Below are positions 9,920 through 19,498 of a DNA stretch of 64,000 nt, piece by piece. The notes beneath the pieces are model-generated. The model made no database searches. It was not told the origin of the DNA and was given only the letters and a program-made list of their open reading frames with translations. Each line of letters begins with the position of its first letter. The stretch's first letter is position 1. Source of the DNA: a virus (taxonomy: Duplodnaviria; Caudoviricetes). The DNA lies in the IMG/VR virus record IMGVR_UViG_3300023174_003901, positions 1-64,000 of that record; one strand, given 5' to 3'. A program made the translations under genes and the position numbers.

Positions 9920-12900
9920 TAAGTTGCTACTCCTATCGACAAGGCTGTGATGGACTGTCCAGAAGCCAATGCAATTCTAATTAAAATGTTGGTACCAGTA
10001 CTATTGGCAGCGTTTTGTCCCCCCAAGGTCATTGTGTATCCTACGTTGGCTATTGCTGTATTTAACGGTATCACATCTGCACCAGTCAATGCACATCCGT
10101 TTGAACCGTTGCCACCAGTACCGCTGGCAGCACCAGGAACCCCTGCTCCGGCATACTGTGTAGATGCTTCCAGCCATCCGTTGATGGTACTGGTAGGGCC
10201 TGGAAATCCTGGTGTAGGCGATGAGAATCCGCCGGAATCAATTGTGGTTCCTGGTGCAGCCACCCAAACACCTGCAACACCTGTGGTTGTGGTCAATCTG
10301 ATGTCAAAATTGGCCAGGCTGGGTCTTGCAAACGCAAAAGTAAAGTACTGTGTGGTGGTACGATTTCCACCTATTGACAAGTTTGGCCCCACCGGCAAAT
10401 ATCCTGTTGATAAATCAACTGCATATCGTTGGAGTACACCATACCTCACAACTGCTTCAGGTGTACCAGCAATGGTTTGTGCTCCGGACCAAGCATTGGA
10501 TGTATAGTAGTTTATGCTGTTGGCAAACACAGGAGTGTTACCTGCGGTACTCATCACAATACGTATGGCCGCTTGTGTGTTGGCAGTAGGCGTACAAGTG
10601 ATCGACTGCTCATTTATGCCAGAGTTTGCTCCTGCATACATCTGTATCTTGGTTGGCAATTGTACTGTGGTACTGGTACCTATCACGTTGAATATATTGG
10701 CCTGCAAGGTGGCCACGCTGTTGTTGGCACCGGTAATGTTGCCGGTCAAATTGCCCAGGATGTAGTTTGAACTTATACCCACGTTGGCATTCAAGTTGGC
10801 GCTTGTTAAGAAACTGCTGGCACCATTGTTGATTGTGCTGAGTGCTTTGGTTTGAGTTGCTGACAACACCGCACCAGAGCCTTCTGACACTGTTCCGCTG
10901 TCCAATATAAACGGATCGGCACTTCTAAATGTTTGTCCAGACAAGTTTGCTACTTCCAAGTTAGCAATGGTAATTGTGGGACTTCCGGTATTGTAATATG
11001 GAATGCCCGAAATATATCTATAAGTTCCTGCTGTGGCTTCAACCATTGCGATGTTGGCAGTGACCAGACTAGGTGACGAATTCAAATTGTCCTTGACAAA
11101 TCCCACGTAGTTGGTGTTGCCTGTCACAGAGTCTACCAACTTGTAGTTGTTGTATCCTGTGCCCAAACTGCTCAAAGCACAAGCGATATTGGCATTGAAT
11201 ACCTTGTAGAAATAACTAGGCACCGCGGCATTGGCCACGTGCAAGTCTCGATCTTGCGTTACAACCAATGCACCCGAAGTTCCAACAGTGTTACTCACAT
11301 TGCTAAATGTCACGTTACCGGCATTGGCATTGTTGACATAGGCAAACAAGTTGGCTGTCAACTGACTTGAACTTATTCCGGTGTTGGCATTAATAATGTT
11401 GGCCGCAGTGGCAATAGTTGTTGTGGTTGCAAAACGTGTGACACTTGCGCCGTTGGCCACAATGTTACCACCTGAGGCATCTCTTGCGCCGGCTGCTAAC
11501 AAAGGACTGGTTCCTTCGCTGGTGTTGGCAATAGCCAAGTTGGAGAAGCCGCTGAGGTTTGTGGGTGCTGTGGGGTTTGTGGCAATAAAGATATAGCCAA
11601 CATTGGAGATTGTGTTGCTTTGTGCTGTGCTGGAAATACCATTAGGTGTACCATTAGCAGTGAGCGCCACAGTGAAAGCACCTGTGCTGTTATAAGTGTG
11701 AAGTGAGTTACCCACATTTGACACGCCGTTGCTGAATGTGCTGTCACCCCATGACCAGTTGGCCAAGTTACTGTTTTGACTGGTGTTCTGGAACGTGAAA
11801 GTAGAACGATTGGCATTGTTATAGTCAGTATAGAGGTATCCAACTCTGGCGTTGCCTGTGTTGGCAGTGGCATCTGTTATGACGTTGGCAGTGGTTCCAA
11901 TATAGTTGGCACGAACTTGTGGATTTACACTGATTGTAATGTTGCTTGACTTGGCTGGACTGGTGCTATAGCCAGTGTACAAGTACAAGTTGGCTGTGAA
12001 CTGTTGGTATGCATTGCCTGCTTGGTTGGCGGCACTCAATGCAAAAGTGTTTGTTAGGTTGGCAGCAGATGGGTTACCAGCAATGCCTGTTCCAACGTTG
12101 ACGTTAGATACATTACCGTCACCGTAGTTGAAGTTGTACAATTGCTGTGCGCCAAAACTCGCGGTGTTTCCCGGTGTGCCATTTGAATCGTTTCTAAAAC
12201 TTATTGTGCCAACACCGTTGATCACTGTGGCCGCGTTGGCAGTGAGGAACACATTGCCTGTTTGTGGTGAATAAACTTTGACATTACTGGCCGATGAAAC
12301 AACAGTAACGTTACTAGCACCGGCTGTGTTACTGGTTCCACTCAATATCACACTGTACAAACTGTCTGCATTGGATGACACAGAGTTGTATTGATGAGTC
12401 ACATTGGTAAATGATGTGTTACCCAAGCCAGGTCCAGCGGTAAAGTTAGCAGTACCGTCGCCAAAACTCAAATCATACCAGGTCACATACTGACTGGTGT
12501 TGGTTATGGTTATGGTGTTGCCAGTATTGAAACTGTTACTGCTTAAAGTAAATGACGGAATAGGACTTGGCGTGTACACCACAATGTTTGAAATGTTGGC
12601 AGTACTGGTAGAACCTTTGGCTCCTTGAGCGGCATTACCGTTATATGTTCCGTTGGTGTTATAGGCTGTGAAGGTCACAGTATAAGTTCCACCCAGAGCA
12701 TTACTAAACGTGTGAGTAGCGTTGGCTGTGGTAACGTTGGCTGTGCCGTCACCAAATTGCCACAGGAAACTGTTAGGGTTACCAATGTAACGTCCAGTGA
12801 ATGCCACTGTTAGAGGACTAGGTCCAGAATAAACGTTGGCAGTGATATAAGTGTTACCCACGTATGTGCTGTTGGCAATATTAAATGCCACCTGGTTCAA

Positions 12901-15900
12901 ATCATCAAGACCATCTGTAACAAAAGTTCCTGTGGTCCATCCTTGATAGGCACCGTTGGCTGTTAAACTACCGTCTGAGGGTGTTCCCAAAGTGATTGTG
13001 TTACCTTGACCACCAGATGCAATAATTCCGGTGAGTTGGCTACCGTTACCAAGGAAATAATTACCTGAGACGTTGCCAGTAGCCGAAACTACACCAGCAG
13101 TTAAAACATTACCACCTGTAATATTGGCTGTGGCACTTACTAGACCACCAGTTAATACATTACCAAGTGTAGCATTACCAGTTGAACTGATCAATCCTGA
13201 GGTGAGCAGATTACCACCGGTGATATTGCCAGTTGAACTAATCAATCCACTTGTAGTTAGATTACCACCAGTTACGTTAGACGTTGCTGAAACAAGCCCG
13301 CTAGTTAAAATATTGCCGCCACTGATATTAGCGACACTTATGATGTTGCCAGTTGCCGATAATATACCACTGGTAATTAGATTACCACCTGTGATATTAC
13401 CGGTTGAACTTATCGACCCACCAGTTAAAATATTGCCAAGTGTAGCATTGCCGGTAGCACTAATTAATCCTGCGGTGAGTACATTTCCGCCAGTGACATT
13501 GCCAGTTGCGCTTATCAATCCGCTTGTGGTGACATTGCCACTGTTGACATTACCTGTTACACTTAAACTTGTACCTGTTGCGGCACCAATGTTGGGAGTT
13601 GTGAGATTAGCACCAGCCTTGACAATGATGTTGCCGGTAACATCAAATGCAGTGGTATTCTGATCAACTTTGGCATTAAATTGCGTACCTATTAAACTTA
13701 GACCAGCATCAACATTGGCAGTATAAGTTGTGGCCTGGCTGAACAAAGCAAAAGAGATATTGCTTGTGCCAAATGTGATTGTACCTGTAGGTGCATTAAC
13801 TACAAATGCAGAACCAGCATTGACGTTACCGTTTGTGGTGAAGAAATAGTCATTTAAACTCAGTTGGTTAACACTGTCTGGACCATATTCGTCTGCATCA
13901 GTTGAACGTACAATAACAGTGGCGTTGCTCCAGGTATACACGCCATTGTAGACTGCATTACCTTCGTTCTTGACAAGAATACGTGTACCCGCTGTTTGAA
14001 CGTTGGCTGTGTCAATCAAGTTAAATGATCCAGTGGTACTTAAATATGCGCCAATACCGTTGCTCACTCCGTTAGGTTGAGCATAGGTAATAGTACCACC
14101 TGTTGTAATAGCCAATGTAGTTGTAGTGGCCGCATATGCCGGTGAGTGGAACGACAATGCTGACGACACCATGTTGTCAACATACAACTTTGTTGCGGCA
14201 TCGGTATCTTGCGCTGGATATGCTACACTATTGATAAATGTGTTGGCCAATACAATGTTGCCGGCTGGTTGTAGATTTAAATTACCCGAGGCAGTGGTAA
14301 TTGTTAATGCGCCGCTGGTGGGTCGAATACCACTGGTGTTTACGTTTCCAGCAATTACATTACCCGTGACGCTGGCAAATCCTGTGGCAAAAACATTGTT
14401 ACCAGTTACATTACCAACTGCTGATAGGTACCCGGTTGTACCTACTCCGGTTGGTCCAGTTAAAGAACCATCATTGCCAAAAGTCCATTGATAAGATCCG
14501 CCTGCAGGTTTTACACTAATTTGATAAGCACCAGTAATTCCCAAATCTAATGGATTAGTTTGTACAATACTAGCATTAGCAAATGCCAATGTGCCACCAA
14601 CAATACTTAAATTGCCACCTGTAATATTACCTGTGGCCGAAATCAATCCACCAGTCAACAAGTTACCAACTGTGGCATTACCAGTGGCTGTAATTGACCC
14701 TGCTGTTTGTAAGTTGCCACCTGTGATGTTGGCTGTGGCTGAAACAAGTCCGCCTGTTAGGATGTTGCCAGCAGTGGCATTACCTGTGGCGGATATCAAT
14801 CCAGCAGTTAAAACATTGCCACCAATGACATTGCCAACTGCAGAAATCGTAGTTCCAGCAGTGACAGCATTGGCAGCATTTACATTGTTACCTGCTAGAT
14901 TTCCTGTGCCTGTACTAATGCTAGTAGCATTAGAACTAATAATCTGTGCTCCCAAGTAGATACTGTTTCCACTTAGGTACAAATCTTTAAAGGCATTTGT
15001 AGCAGTACCAATATTGTAGGTTATATTGGCACTGGGTATCAAATTGCCTGTGATGTTGCCAGTTATACTAAAATCTTTGGTAGATACTAGATTGGCAGTG
15101 CTAATGTTGCCACCAGTTACATTGCCACTAGCACTGATAACTGAACCTAATAAACTGGATGCAGTCACCGTTCCGGTAGAACTGATCAATCCGCCTGTTA
15201 ACAAATTACCACTGACTGTGTTTCCAATCACACTCAAGTTGGCTAAATTACCAACTTGTGTTAGACTCGAATATAAAACGTTTGAACTTAGTGTATTACC
15301 AATCAGGGCATTGGCATTTACACTAGATGCTGAAACGCCGGTTAATTGACTGCCGTTACCAATAAAGTAACTGCCAGATATGTTACCAGCGGCTGAAATT
15401 TGTCCGGCGGTGTTGATATTGCCACCAACAATATTAGCAGTTGAACTAATCAATCCGCCGGTTAAAATGTTACCACCAACAATATTACCGCTGGCACTCA
15501 ATATGCCTGTGATATATTCACCTGAAGTAGCGAACACTGCTACATTAGCAGTACCACCTACTCCAACCGTAATATTACCGCCCGAACTTACTACAGTGAC
15601 ATTACTTGTGCCATTATTGATATTGGCTACACTTGTGATAACGCCAGTTAGTAACGCACCGTTACCCAGGATATAATTACCTGTTACATTGCCCGTGGCC
15701 GATACTATGCCGCCTGTTAATACGTTGCCGACTGCGGCGTTGCCTGTTACACTTAGATTGGACAAATTGCCAACTGAAGTTAGACTTGAATATAAAACAT
15801 TCGAACTTAGTGTGTTGCCAACCAATGCGGCAGCATTTACAGCAGACGCAGTGATGCCGGTTAGCAACGAACCATTACCGATGAAGTAGTTGCCGGCAAT

Positions 15901-17817
15901 GTTACCTGTAGTAGATACGAGCCCGGTTAAGTTTGGTAGGTTGCCAGAATATGTTGGCAAGTAGTTGGCCACGTCGGCATTGCTGTATCCTGCTGGCAAG
16001 CCAGTGATAAATGCACCGTTACCCAACAAATACGTTCCAGTGACGTTTCCTGTTGCGCTTACAACACCAACTACATAAGCCCCTGTATCACTGACTGTCA
16101 CAACATTGCTTACACCTGCTGAACTTATGGTAACATTGCCGTTGGCAGCCACCGCAACATTACTGTTGCCGTTTAAGATTGAAGTACCAGCACTGACTGT
16201 GATACCAGTTAGTAAACTACCATTACCAACAAAGTAACTGCCAATAACATTGCCAGATGTAATTAAGTTGCCGCCAGTGATGTTACCAGCGGCACTGAGA
16301 GATGCGGCGCCAAATGTGCCTGTAATTGCAACGTTTCCTGCTGAAACGTTTCCAGTAACTGACAGCGAAGAGCCAATAAAGTTATTTCCGTAAACATTAC
16401 CAATGGCCGATACATATCCGCCCACAGTGATATAATCGGCATCCAGTCTGGTTGTATCAACATTACCGGCCACAAGATTACCAGTGGCTGATATTTGTCC
16501 CGAGGTAATAAGATTGCCACCGCGAACATTTCCTGATGCGCTGACTGTTCCGGCAGTGACTGTCCCGACAGGTACATTGAGATTGCCGGCTTGTATATTA
16601 CCTGTGGCTGATATCAGTCCAGAGGTAATAATATTTCCACCAGTAACGTTGGCAGTGGCACTGACCACAGTTGCCACAACAGACGTTCCAATTAAATTTC
16701 CGCCGGTGATATTACCTGTTGCTGTGATTGGTCCTGTAACTGTGACGCTGTCAGCATCTAGTCTACCAGTATCAACATTACCACCAATAATATTTCCGGT
16801 GGCTGATATCTGTCCTGTTGTTCGTAAATTGCCACCAGTTATGTTAGAAGTAGTAGTTACCGGTCCAGTGAGACTAACTAGGTTACCTGTATAGGTGGGC
16901 AAAAAGGCAGCCACATTGGCATTGCTGTAATTTCCTGCTGGTAGATTTGTAAGTTGACTACCATCACCAATAAAATATGCGCTGGTGGTAATGTTGCCTA
17001 TCGCACTTATGGTAGTACCTGTAGTGATATATCCAGCATTTAATCTACCAGTGTTGATGTTACCACCAGTGATGTTACCTGTTGCCGAAATTTGGCCGGC
17101 AGTTCTTAGATTACCACCTGTAACATTGGCTGTGGTTGTTACTGGTCCGGTTAAACTAACCAAGTTACCTGTGTAGGTAGGCAAGAAGGCAGCCACATTA
17201 CTGTTGCCGTAACCAATGTTGATACCAGTTAGTAACGCACCGTTACCTAAAATATAGTTGCCAGCAATATTGCCAGTTGCACTTACTGTGCCAGCAACAT
17301 ACACACCGGTGCTGGCAAATGTCACAACATTGCTGGTGCCGTTGACAGTGACAAAGATGTTGGATCCAGCAGATGGAATATCAAGATTACTGTTACCGTT
17401 TACAACTTGACTACCAGTTGTGGCCACAATACCTGTGAGTTGGCTGCCATTGCCAATGAAATATCCGGCTGTGACGTTGCCTGTGGTTGTTATTCCACCA
17501 GTCGTATCAATTCCACCAGTTCCCAAATAGATAGAATTGAAACGTAAACTAGGCGTACCTATATCGTAAACATCGCCCAGTCTAGGAAACAGTGTGTTGT
17601 TGAGTTGTATTCGTCCAATTCCAGACGGGCTCAGTATTAGATTACTGTTGAGTATTGTGGTGGTAATAGTAGTATTACCAATTTGAATGTTACTGAGTAC
17701 TGGACCGGCCGCAAAAATCTGATCAAAGTTTTGATTGGTATAGGTAAACGCAGTTCGTAACGGATCACCTTGTCCGTCATCAGGGGCAGCGCCAGTGTCA
17801 ATGATATACTGTGTCAT
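9919..17817 (-). CDS. Giant tail fibre / baseplate-attached adhesin (2632 aa) with gp10-like N-terminus and four PKD-like domains
   Basis: The N-terminus IIDTGAAPDDGQGDPLRTAFTYTNQNFDQIF resembles the T4 gp9/gp10 N-terminal motif. About 1500 aa of GN-rich repeats follow. PKD-like motifs (PLTVAF...FLWQFGDG...HTF...GTYTVTFT; WYDLSFGDG; FNYGDG; WSWGDS) lie at about 11640-12840. Confidence 0.8.
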   Translation of the reverse strand: MTQYIIDTGAAPDDGQGDPLRTAFTYTNQNFDQIFAAGPVLSNIQIGNTTITTTILNSNLILSPSGIGRIQLNNTLFPRLGDVYDIGTPSLRFNSIYLGTGGIDTTGGITTTGNVTAGYFIGNGSQLTGIVATTGSQVVNGNSNLDIPSAGSNIFVTVNGTSNVVTFASTGVYVAGTVSATGNIAGNYILGNGALLTGINIGYGNSNVAAFLPTYTGNLVSLTGPVTTTANVTGGNLRTAGQISATGNITGGNINTGRLNAGYITTGTTISAIGNITTSAYFIGDGSQLTNLPAGNYSNANVAAFLPTYTGNLVSLTGPVTTTSNITGGNLRTTGQISATGNIIGGNVDTGRLDADSVTVTGPITATGNITGGNLIGTSVVATVVSATANVTGGNIITSGLISATGNIQAGNLNVPVGTVTAGTVSASGNVRGGNLITSGQISATGNLVAGNVDTTRLDADYITVGGYVSAIGNVYGNNFIGSSLSVTGNVSAGNVAITGTFGAASLSAAGNITGGNLITSGNVIGSYFVGNGSLLTGITVSAGTSILNGNSNVAVAANGNVTISSAGVSNVVTVSDTGAYVVGVVSATGNVTGTYLLGNGAFITGLPAGYSNADVANYLPTYSGNLPNLTGLVSTTGNIAGNYFIGNGSLLTGITASAVNAAALVGNTLSSNVLYSSLTSVGNLSNLSVTGNAAVGNVLTGGIVSATGNVTGNYILGNGALLTGVITSVANINNGTSNVTVVSSGGNITVGVGGTANVAVFATSGEYITGILSASGNIVGGNILTGGLISSTANIVGGNINTAGQISAAGNISGSYFIGNGSQLTGVSASSVNANALIGNTLSSNVLYSSLTQVGNLANLSVIGNTVSGNLLTGGLISSTGTVTASSLLGSVISASGNVTGGNISTANLVSTKDFSITGNITGNLIPSANITYNIGTATNAFKDLYLSGNSIYLGAQIISSNATSISTGTGNLAGNNVNAANAVTAGTTISAVGNVIGGNVLTAGLISATGNATAGNILTGGLVSATANITGGNLQTAGSITATGNATVGNLLTGGLISATGNITGGNLSIVGGTLAFANASIVQTNPLDLGITGAYQISVKPAGGSYQWTFGNDGSLTGPTGVGTTGYLSAVGNVTGNNVFATGFASVTGNVIAGNVNTSGIRPTSGALTITTASGNLNLQPAGNIVLANTFINSVAYPAQDTDAATKLYVDNMVSSALSFHSPAYAATTTTLAITTGGTITYAQPNGVSNGIGAYLSTTGSFNLIDTANVQTAGTRILVKNEGNAVYNGVYTWSNATVIVRSTDADEYGPDSVNQLSLNDYFFTTNGNVNAGSAFVVNAPTGTITFGTSNISFALFSQATTYTANVDAGLSLIGTQFNAKVDQNTTAFDVTGNIIVKAGANLTTPNIGAATGTSLSVTGNVNSGNVTTSGLISATGNVTGGNVLTAGLISATGNATLGNILTGGSISSTGNITGGNLITSGILSATGNIISVANISGGNILTSGLVSATSNVTGGNLTTSGLISSTGNITGGNLLTSGLISSTGNATLGNVLTGGLVSATANITGGNVLTAGVVSATGNVSGNYFLGNGSQLTGIIASGGQGNTITLGTPSDGSLTANGAYQGWTTGTFVTDGLDDLNQVAFNIANSTYVGNTYITANVYSGPSPLTVAFTGRYIGNPNSFLWQFGDGTANVTTANATHTFSNALGGTYTVTFTAYNTNGTYNGNAAQGAKGSTSTANISNIVVYTPSPIPSFTLSSNSFNTGNTITITNTSQYVTWYDLSFGDGTANFTAGPGLGNTSFTNVTHQYNSVSSNADSLYSVILSGTSNTAGASNVTVVSSASNVKVYSPQTGNVFLTANAATVINGVGTISFRNDSNGTPGNTASFGAQQLYNFNYGDGNVSNVNVGTGIAGNPSAANLTNTFALSAANQAGNAYQQFTANLYLYTGYSTSPAKSSNITISVNPQVRANYIGTTANVITDATANTGNARVGYLYTDYNNANRSTFTFQNTSQNSNLANWSWGDSTFSNGVSNVGNSLHTYNSTGAFTVALTANGTPNGISSTAQSNTISNVGYIFIATNPTAPTNLSGFSNLAIANTSEGTSPLLAAGARDASGGNIVANGASVTRFATTTTIATAANIINANTGISSSQLTANLFAYVNNANAGNVTFSNVSNTVGTSGALVVTQDRDLHVANAAVPSYFYKVFNANIACALSSLGTGYNNYKLVDSVTGNTNYVGFVKDNLNSSPSLVTANIAMVEATAGTYRYISGIPYYNTGSPTITIANLEVANLSGQTFRSADPFILDSGTVSEGSGAVLSATQTKALSTINNGASSFLTSANLNANVGISSNYILGNLTGNITGANNSVATLQANIFNVIGTSTTVQLPTKIQMYAGANSGINEQSITCTPTANTQAAIRIVMSTAGNTPVFANSINYYTSNAWSGAQTIAGTPEAVVRYGVLQRYAVDLSTGYLPVGPNLSIGGNRTTTQYFTFAFARPSLANFDIRLTTTTGVAGVWVAAPGTTIDSGGFSSPTPGFPGPTSTINGWLEASTQYAGAGVPGAASGTGGNGSNGCALTGADVIPLNTAIANVGYTMTLGGQNAANSTGTNILIRIALASGQSITALSIGVAT

Positions 17818-17836
17818 AAATTAGTGTCTCTGAGTG

Positions 17837-17842
17837 TATTTA
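17837..17842 (-). promoter_or_regulatory. Putative gp55-dependent late promoter (TAAATA) for the fibre cluster
   Basis: CGGTAAATA lies 19 nt upstream of the 17817 start. The same core precedes many structural genes in this window. Confidence 0.6.
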
Positions 17843-17876
17843 CCGAAATCAAATATACTCTGAGATTGTAAAAATA

Positions 17877-18464
17877 CTACAGTTCTTGGCCGGTTGTCAC
17901 ACGATCTAAGAACATTTGCATGGGTATATGAACTAGATTGTTAAGGTATTTTAATTCTCGTATGTCTGCTGTGGATGAACCGCACACACGTATAAAATTT
18001 GTTTGTGGGAAATCTTGAGAGATTGCACACAGTTGTTTGACCCAGTTGCCAGTGTAGGTTGGTGCGGCATCTGGGCGTTTGTAAAAATCTGTACCTGCGT
18101 ATACATTGTTGAATTTTTGATTCACAGTAGGTCCCATATCAAATCCCAACATATAGATAGTTTTACACCCATCTAGCGCCGCAAGAGCAGTGGCTATGGG
18201 TCCAGAACTGTTGCTGTGATACTTTTTAGGCACAGGCAACGCTCCTAGGCCTGGGATGGGCTTGCGAGTGTGAAATCTATGTGCGGCACTGTAACCTGAA
18301 TTCTGTATGGTTTCAGCAATGGGTTTGTCTGTGGCCACAAGACAATCAGGCTCAAAATCTCTGTAGAGCCCGTTACAGCCGTAGATCTTGCCTAACAGTT
18401 TTAATTGCGTTAGATCCACGGCTTGTCGACTGATACCGTTGCCACATACAAATGCTCGAGTCAT
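17877..18464 (-). CDS. DUF115/MptE-like or GT42 (sialyltransferase-like) fold protein
   Basis: AFVCGNGISR (GNGxS-type) N-terminus, IYGCNGLY, LVATD, NSSGPIA and IYMLGFDM motifs. Confidence 0.5.
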   Translation of the reverse strand: MTRAFVCGNGISRQAVDLTQLKLLGKIYGCNGLYRDFEPDCLVATDKPIAETIQNSGYSAAHRFHTRKPIPGLGALPVPKKYHSNSSGPIATALAALDGCKTIYMLGFDMGPTVNQKFNNVYAGTDFYKRPDAAPTYTGNWVKQLCAISQDFPQTNFIRVCGSSTADIRELKYLNNLVHIPMQMFLDRVTTGQEL

Positions 18465-18495
18465 AAAAAATCCCCCTTGTAGTTAGCAAGGAGGA
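18465..18495 (-). terminator. Rho-independent terminator overlapping the next gene's RBS
   Basis: Minus strand TCCTCCTTG-CTAACTA-CAAGGGGGA-TTTTTT-ATG: a 9-bp stem (one G-U) followed by six U. Confidence 0.75.
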
Positions 18496-18512
18496 TGTTG
18501 GGGTGCCACAAA

Positions 18513-19352
18513 TTAACTTGTAACGTTGACCACTTGAGCCAACTGCAAACTACCGTTTGGTGCTTCCACACCGTTGATAATCTCTGCACCAGACCATGTG
18601 ACTGTACCTTCGTCGGTGAAGAAGTTGGTTACATAGAAGTTTTCACTTGAGTAGATGTTTTCGCCAAGGTTGCTACTGCTGTAAGTGCCATAAGTCATGC
18701 CGTTCCAGTCACGAATCCACTTGTTGGTAATGTAACTGGCATACACAGCGGCTGAGTCGCCTACTGAGTATTCAATACTCATGTTACCGGCTGCTGGTGT
18801 GGCTGTGTTTGACAACACACATTGTCCCACTGGATATACTGTGCCTGTGCCAGAACCAACAGCAGTAGCAGTAAAGATGTCACCCACAGCAGTATCGGCG
18901 CTGCCGCCGCAAGCAGCCCAGTTAGTAGTGCCAACAGAAGCCACTTGATAGGCCTGTCCAATAATCATGGCTTCGTCGGCAGTGCTTGCGTATGTGTATG
19001 CAACTAGGAACTTGTGCGAACCTTTTTGACGGATAATACGACCTGCGTACTCGCTGGCAATATCAAAGGTACTTGTACCGTCAGCCAAAACAATGTTAAC
19101 CAGACAGAAAATTTCTGGAAAAGTTGCACTTGGAGTACTGGTAGTAAATATGCCACCGACCACACCCACAAACTGATCTGAATTGAATGTGTTGGCTGAA
19201 TTATATGGAGTTGCTGGTGAGGTCAAACTGCCAAAGTTTGGAAAACCAGCATCAGTCAAGATGGTTTGGTTGTAGGTTGTTACTGGAGGGTTACCTGTGA
19301 CAGTAGATCCAGAACCAACGTTGTTTTTTTGAATTTTAAGTGCTCTTCCCAT
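18513..19352 (-). CDS. Hypothetical virion structural protein (279 aa)
   Basis: TAAGGAG SD. MGRALKIQK N-terminus and GRIIRQKGSHKFLV motif. Thr/Gly/Ser-rich and downstream of a TAAATA late motif. Confidence 0.7.
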   Translation of the reverse strand: MGRALKIQKNNVGSGSTVTGNPPVTTYNQTILTDAGFPNFGSLTSPATPYNSANTFNSDQFVGVVGGIFTTSTPSATFPEIFCLVNIVLADGTSTFDIASEYAGRIIRQKGSHKFLVAYTYASTADEAMIIGQAYQVASVGTTNWAACGGSADTAVGDIFTATAVGSGTGTVYPVGQCVLSNTATPAAGNMSIEYSVGDSAAVYASYITNKWIRDWNGMTYGTYSSSNLGENIYSSENFYVTNFFTDEGTVTWSGAEIINGVEAPNGSLQLAQVVNVTS

Positions 19353-19442
19353 TTGATTTCTCCTTATAGAAGCCCTATGTGCGTTCTAGGCACTACGCGG
19401 TGGGGTTAATCGCCGCATAAAACGCAGTATTGCGTTGACAAG

Positions 19443-19449
19443 TATTTAT
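19443..19449 (-). promoter_or_regulatory. Late promoter ATAAATA for the 19352 gene
   Basis: Exact ATAAATA on the minus strand, about 90 nt upstream of the ATG. Confidence 0.6.
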
Positions 19450-19487
19450 GAAAAACAGTTTTATTTTACCCGGCATGGCTGTTTTCT

Positions 19488-19493
19488 TAAATA
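19488..19493 (+). promoter_or_regulatory. Late promoter TAAATA, 5 nt before ATG 19499
   Basis: CTTAAATATCTTCATG; the same spacing occurs at several other genes. Confidence 0.55.
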
Positions 19494-19498
19494 TCTTC

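Noticed and set aside
9-17176. Many long plus-strand ORFs (MLPPVTLAV... up to 410 aa) in the ORF track
   Set aside because: They are in-register antisense shadows of the GGN/AAY/RTN-rich fibre repeats. They have no RBS or promoter, and the minus-strand frame carries the recognisable domains.
2673-17817. Diversity-generating retroelement or invertible fibre switch
   Set aside because: No reverse transcriptase, invertase, adenine-specific TR/VR pair or flanking inverted repeats are visible in the window.
17820-17870. Short CTCTGAG direct repeat upstream of the giant fibre gene
   Set aside because: Two 7-bp copies are within chance expectation, and I see no supporting structure.
19435-19470. 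TTGACA as a sigma70 promoter for the TPR-GT gene
   Set aside because: There is no acceptable -10 at 16-18 nt spacing. TAAATA-N5-ATG at 19488 explains the gene better.
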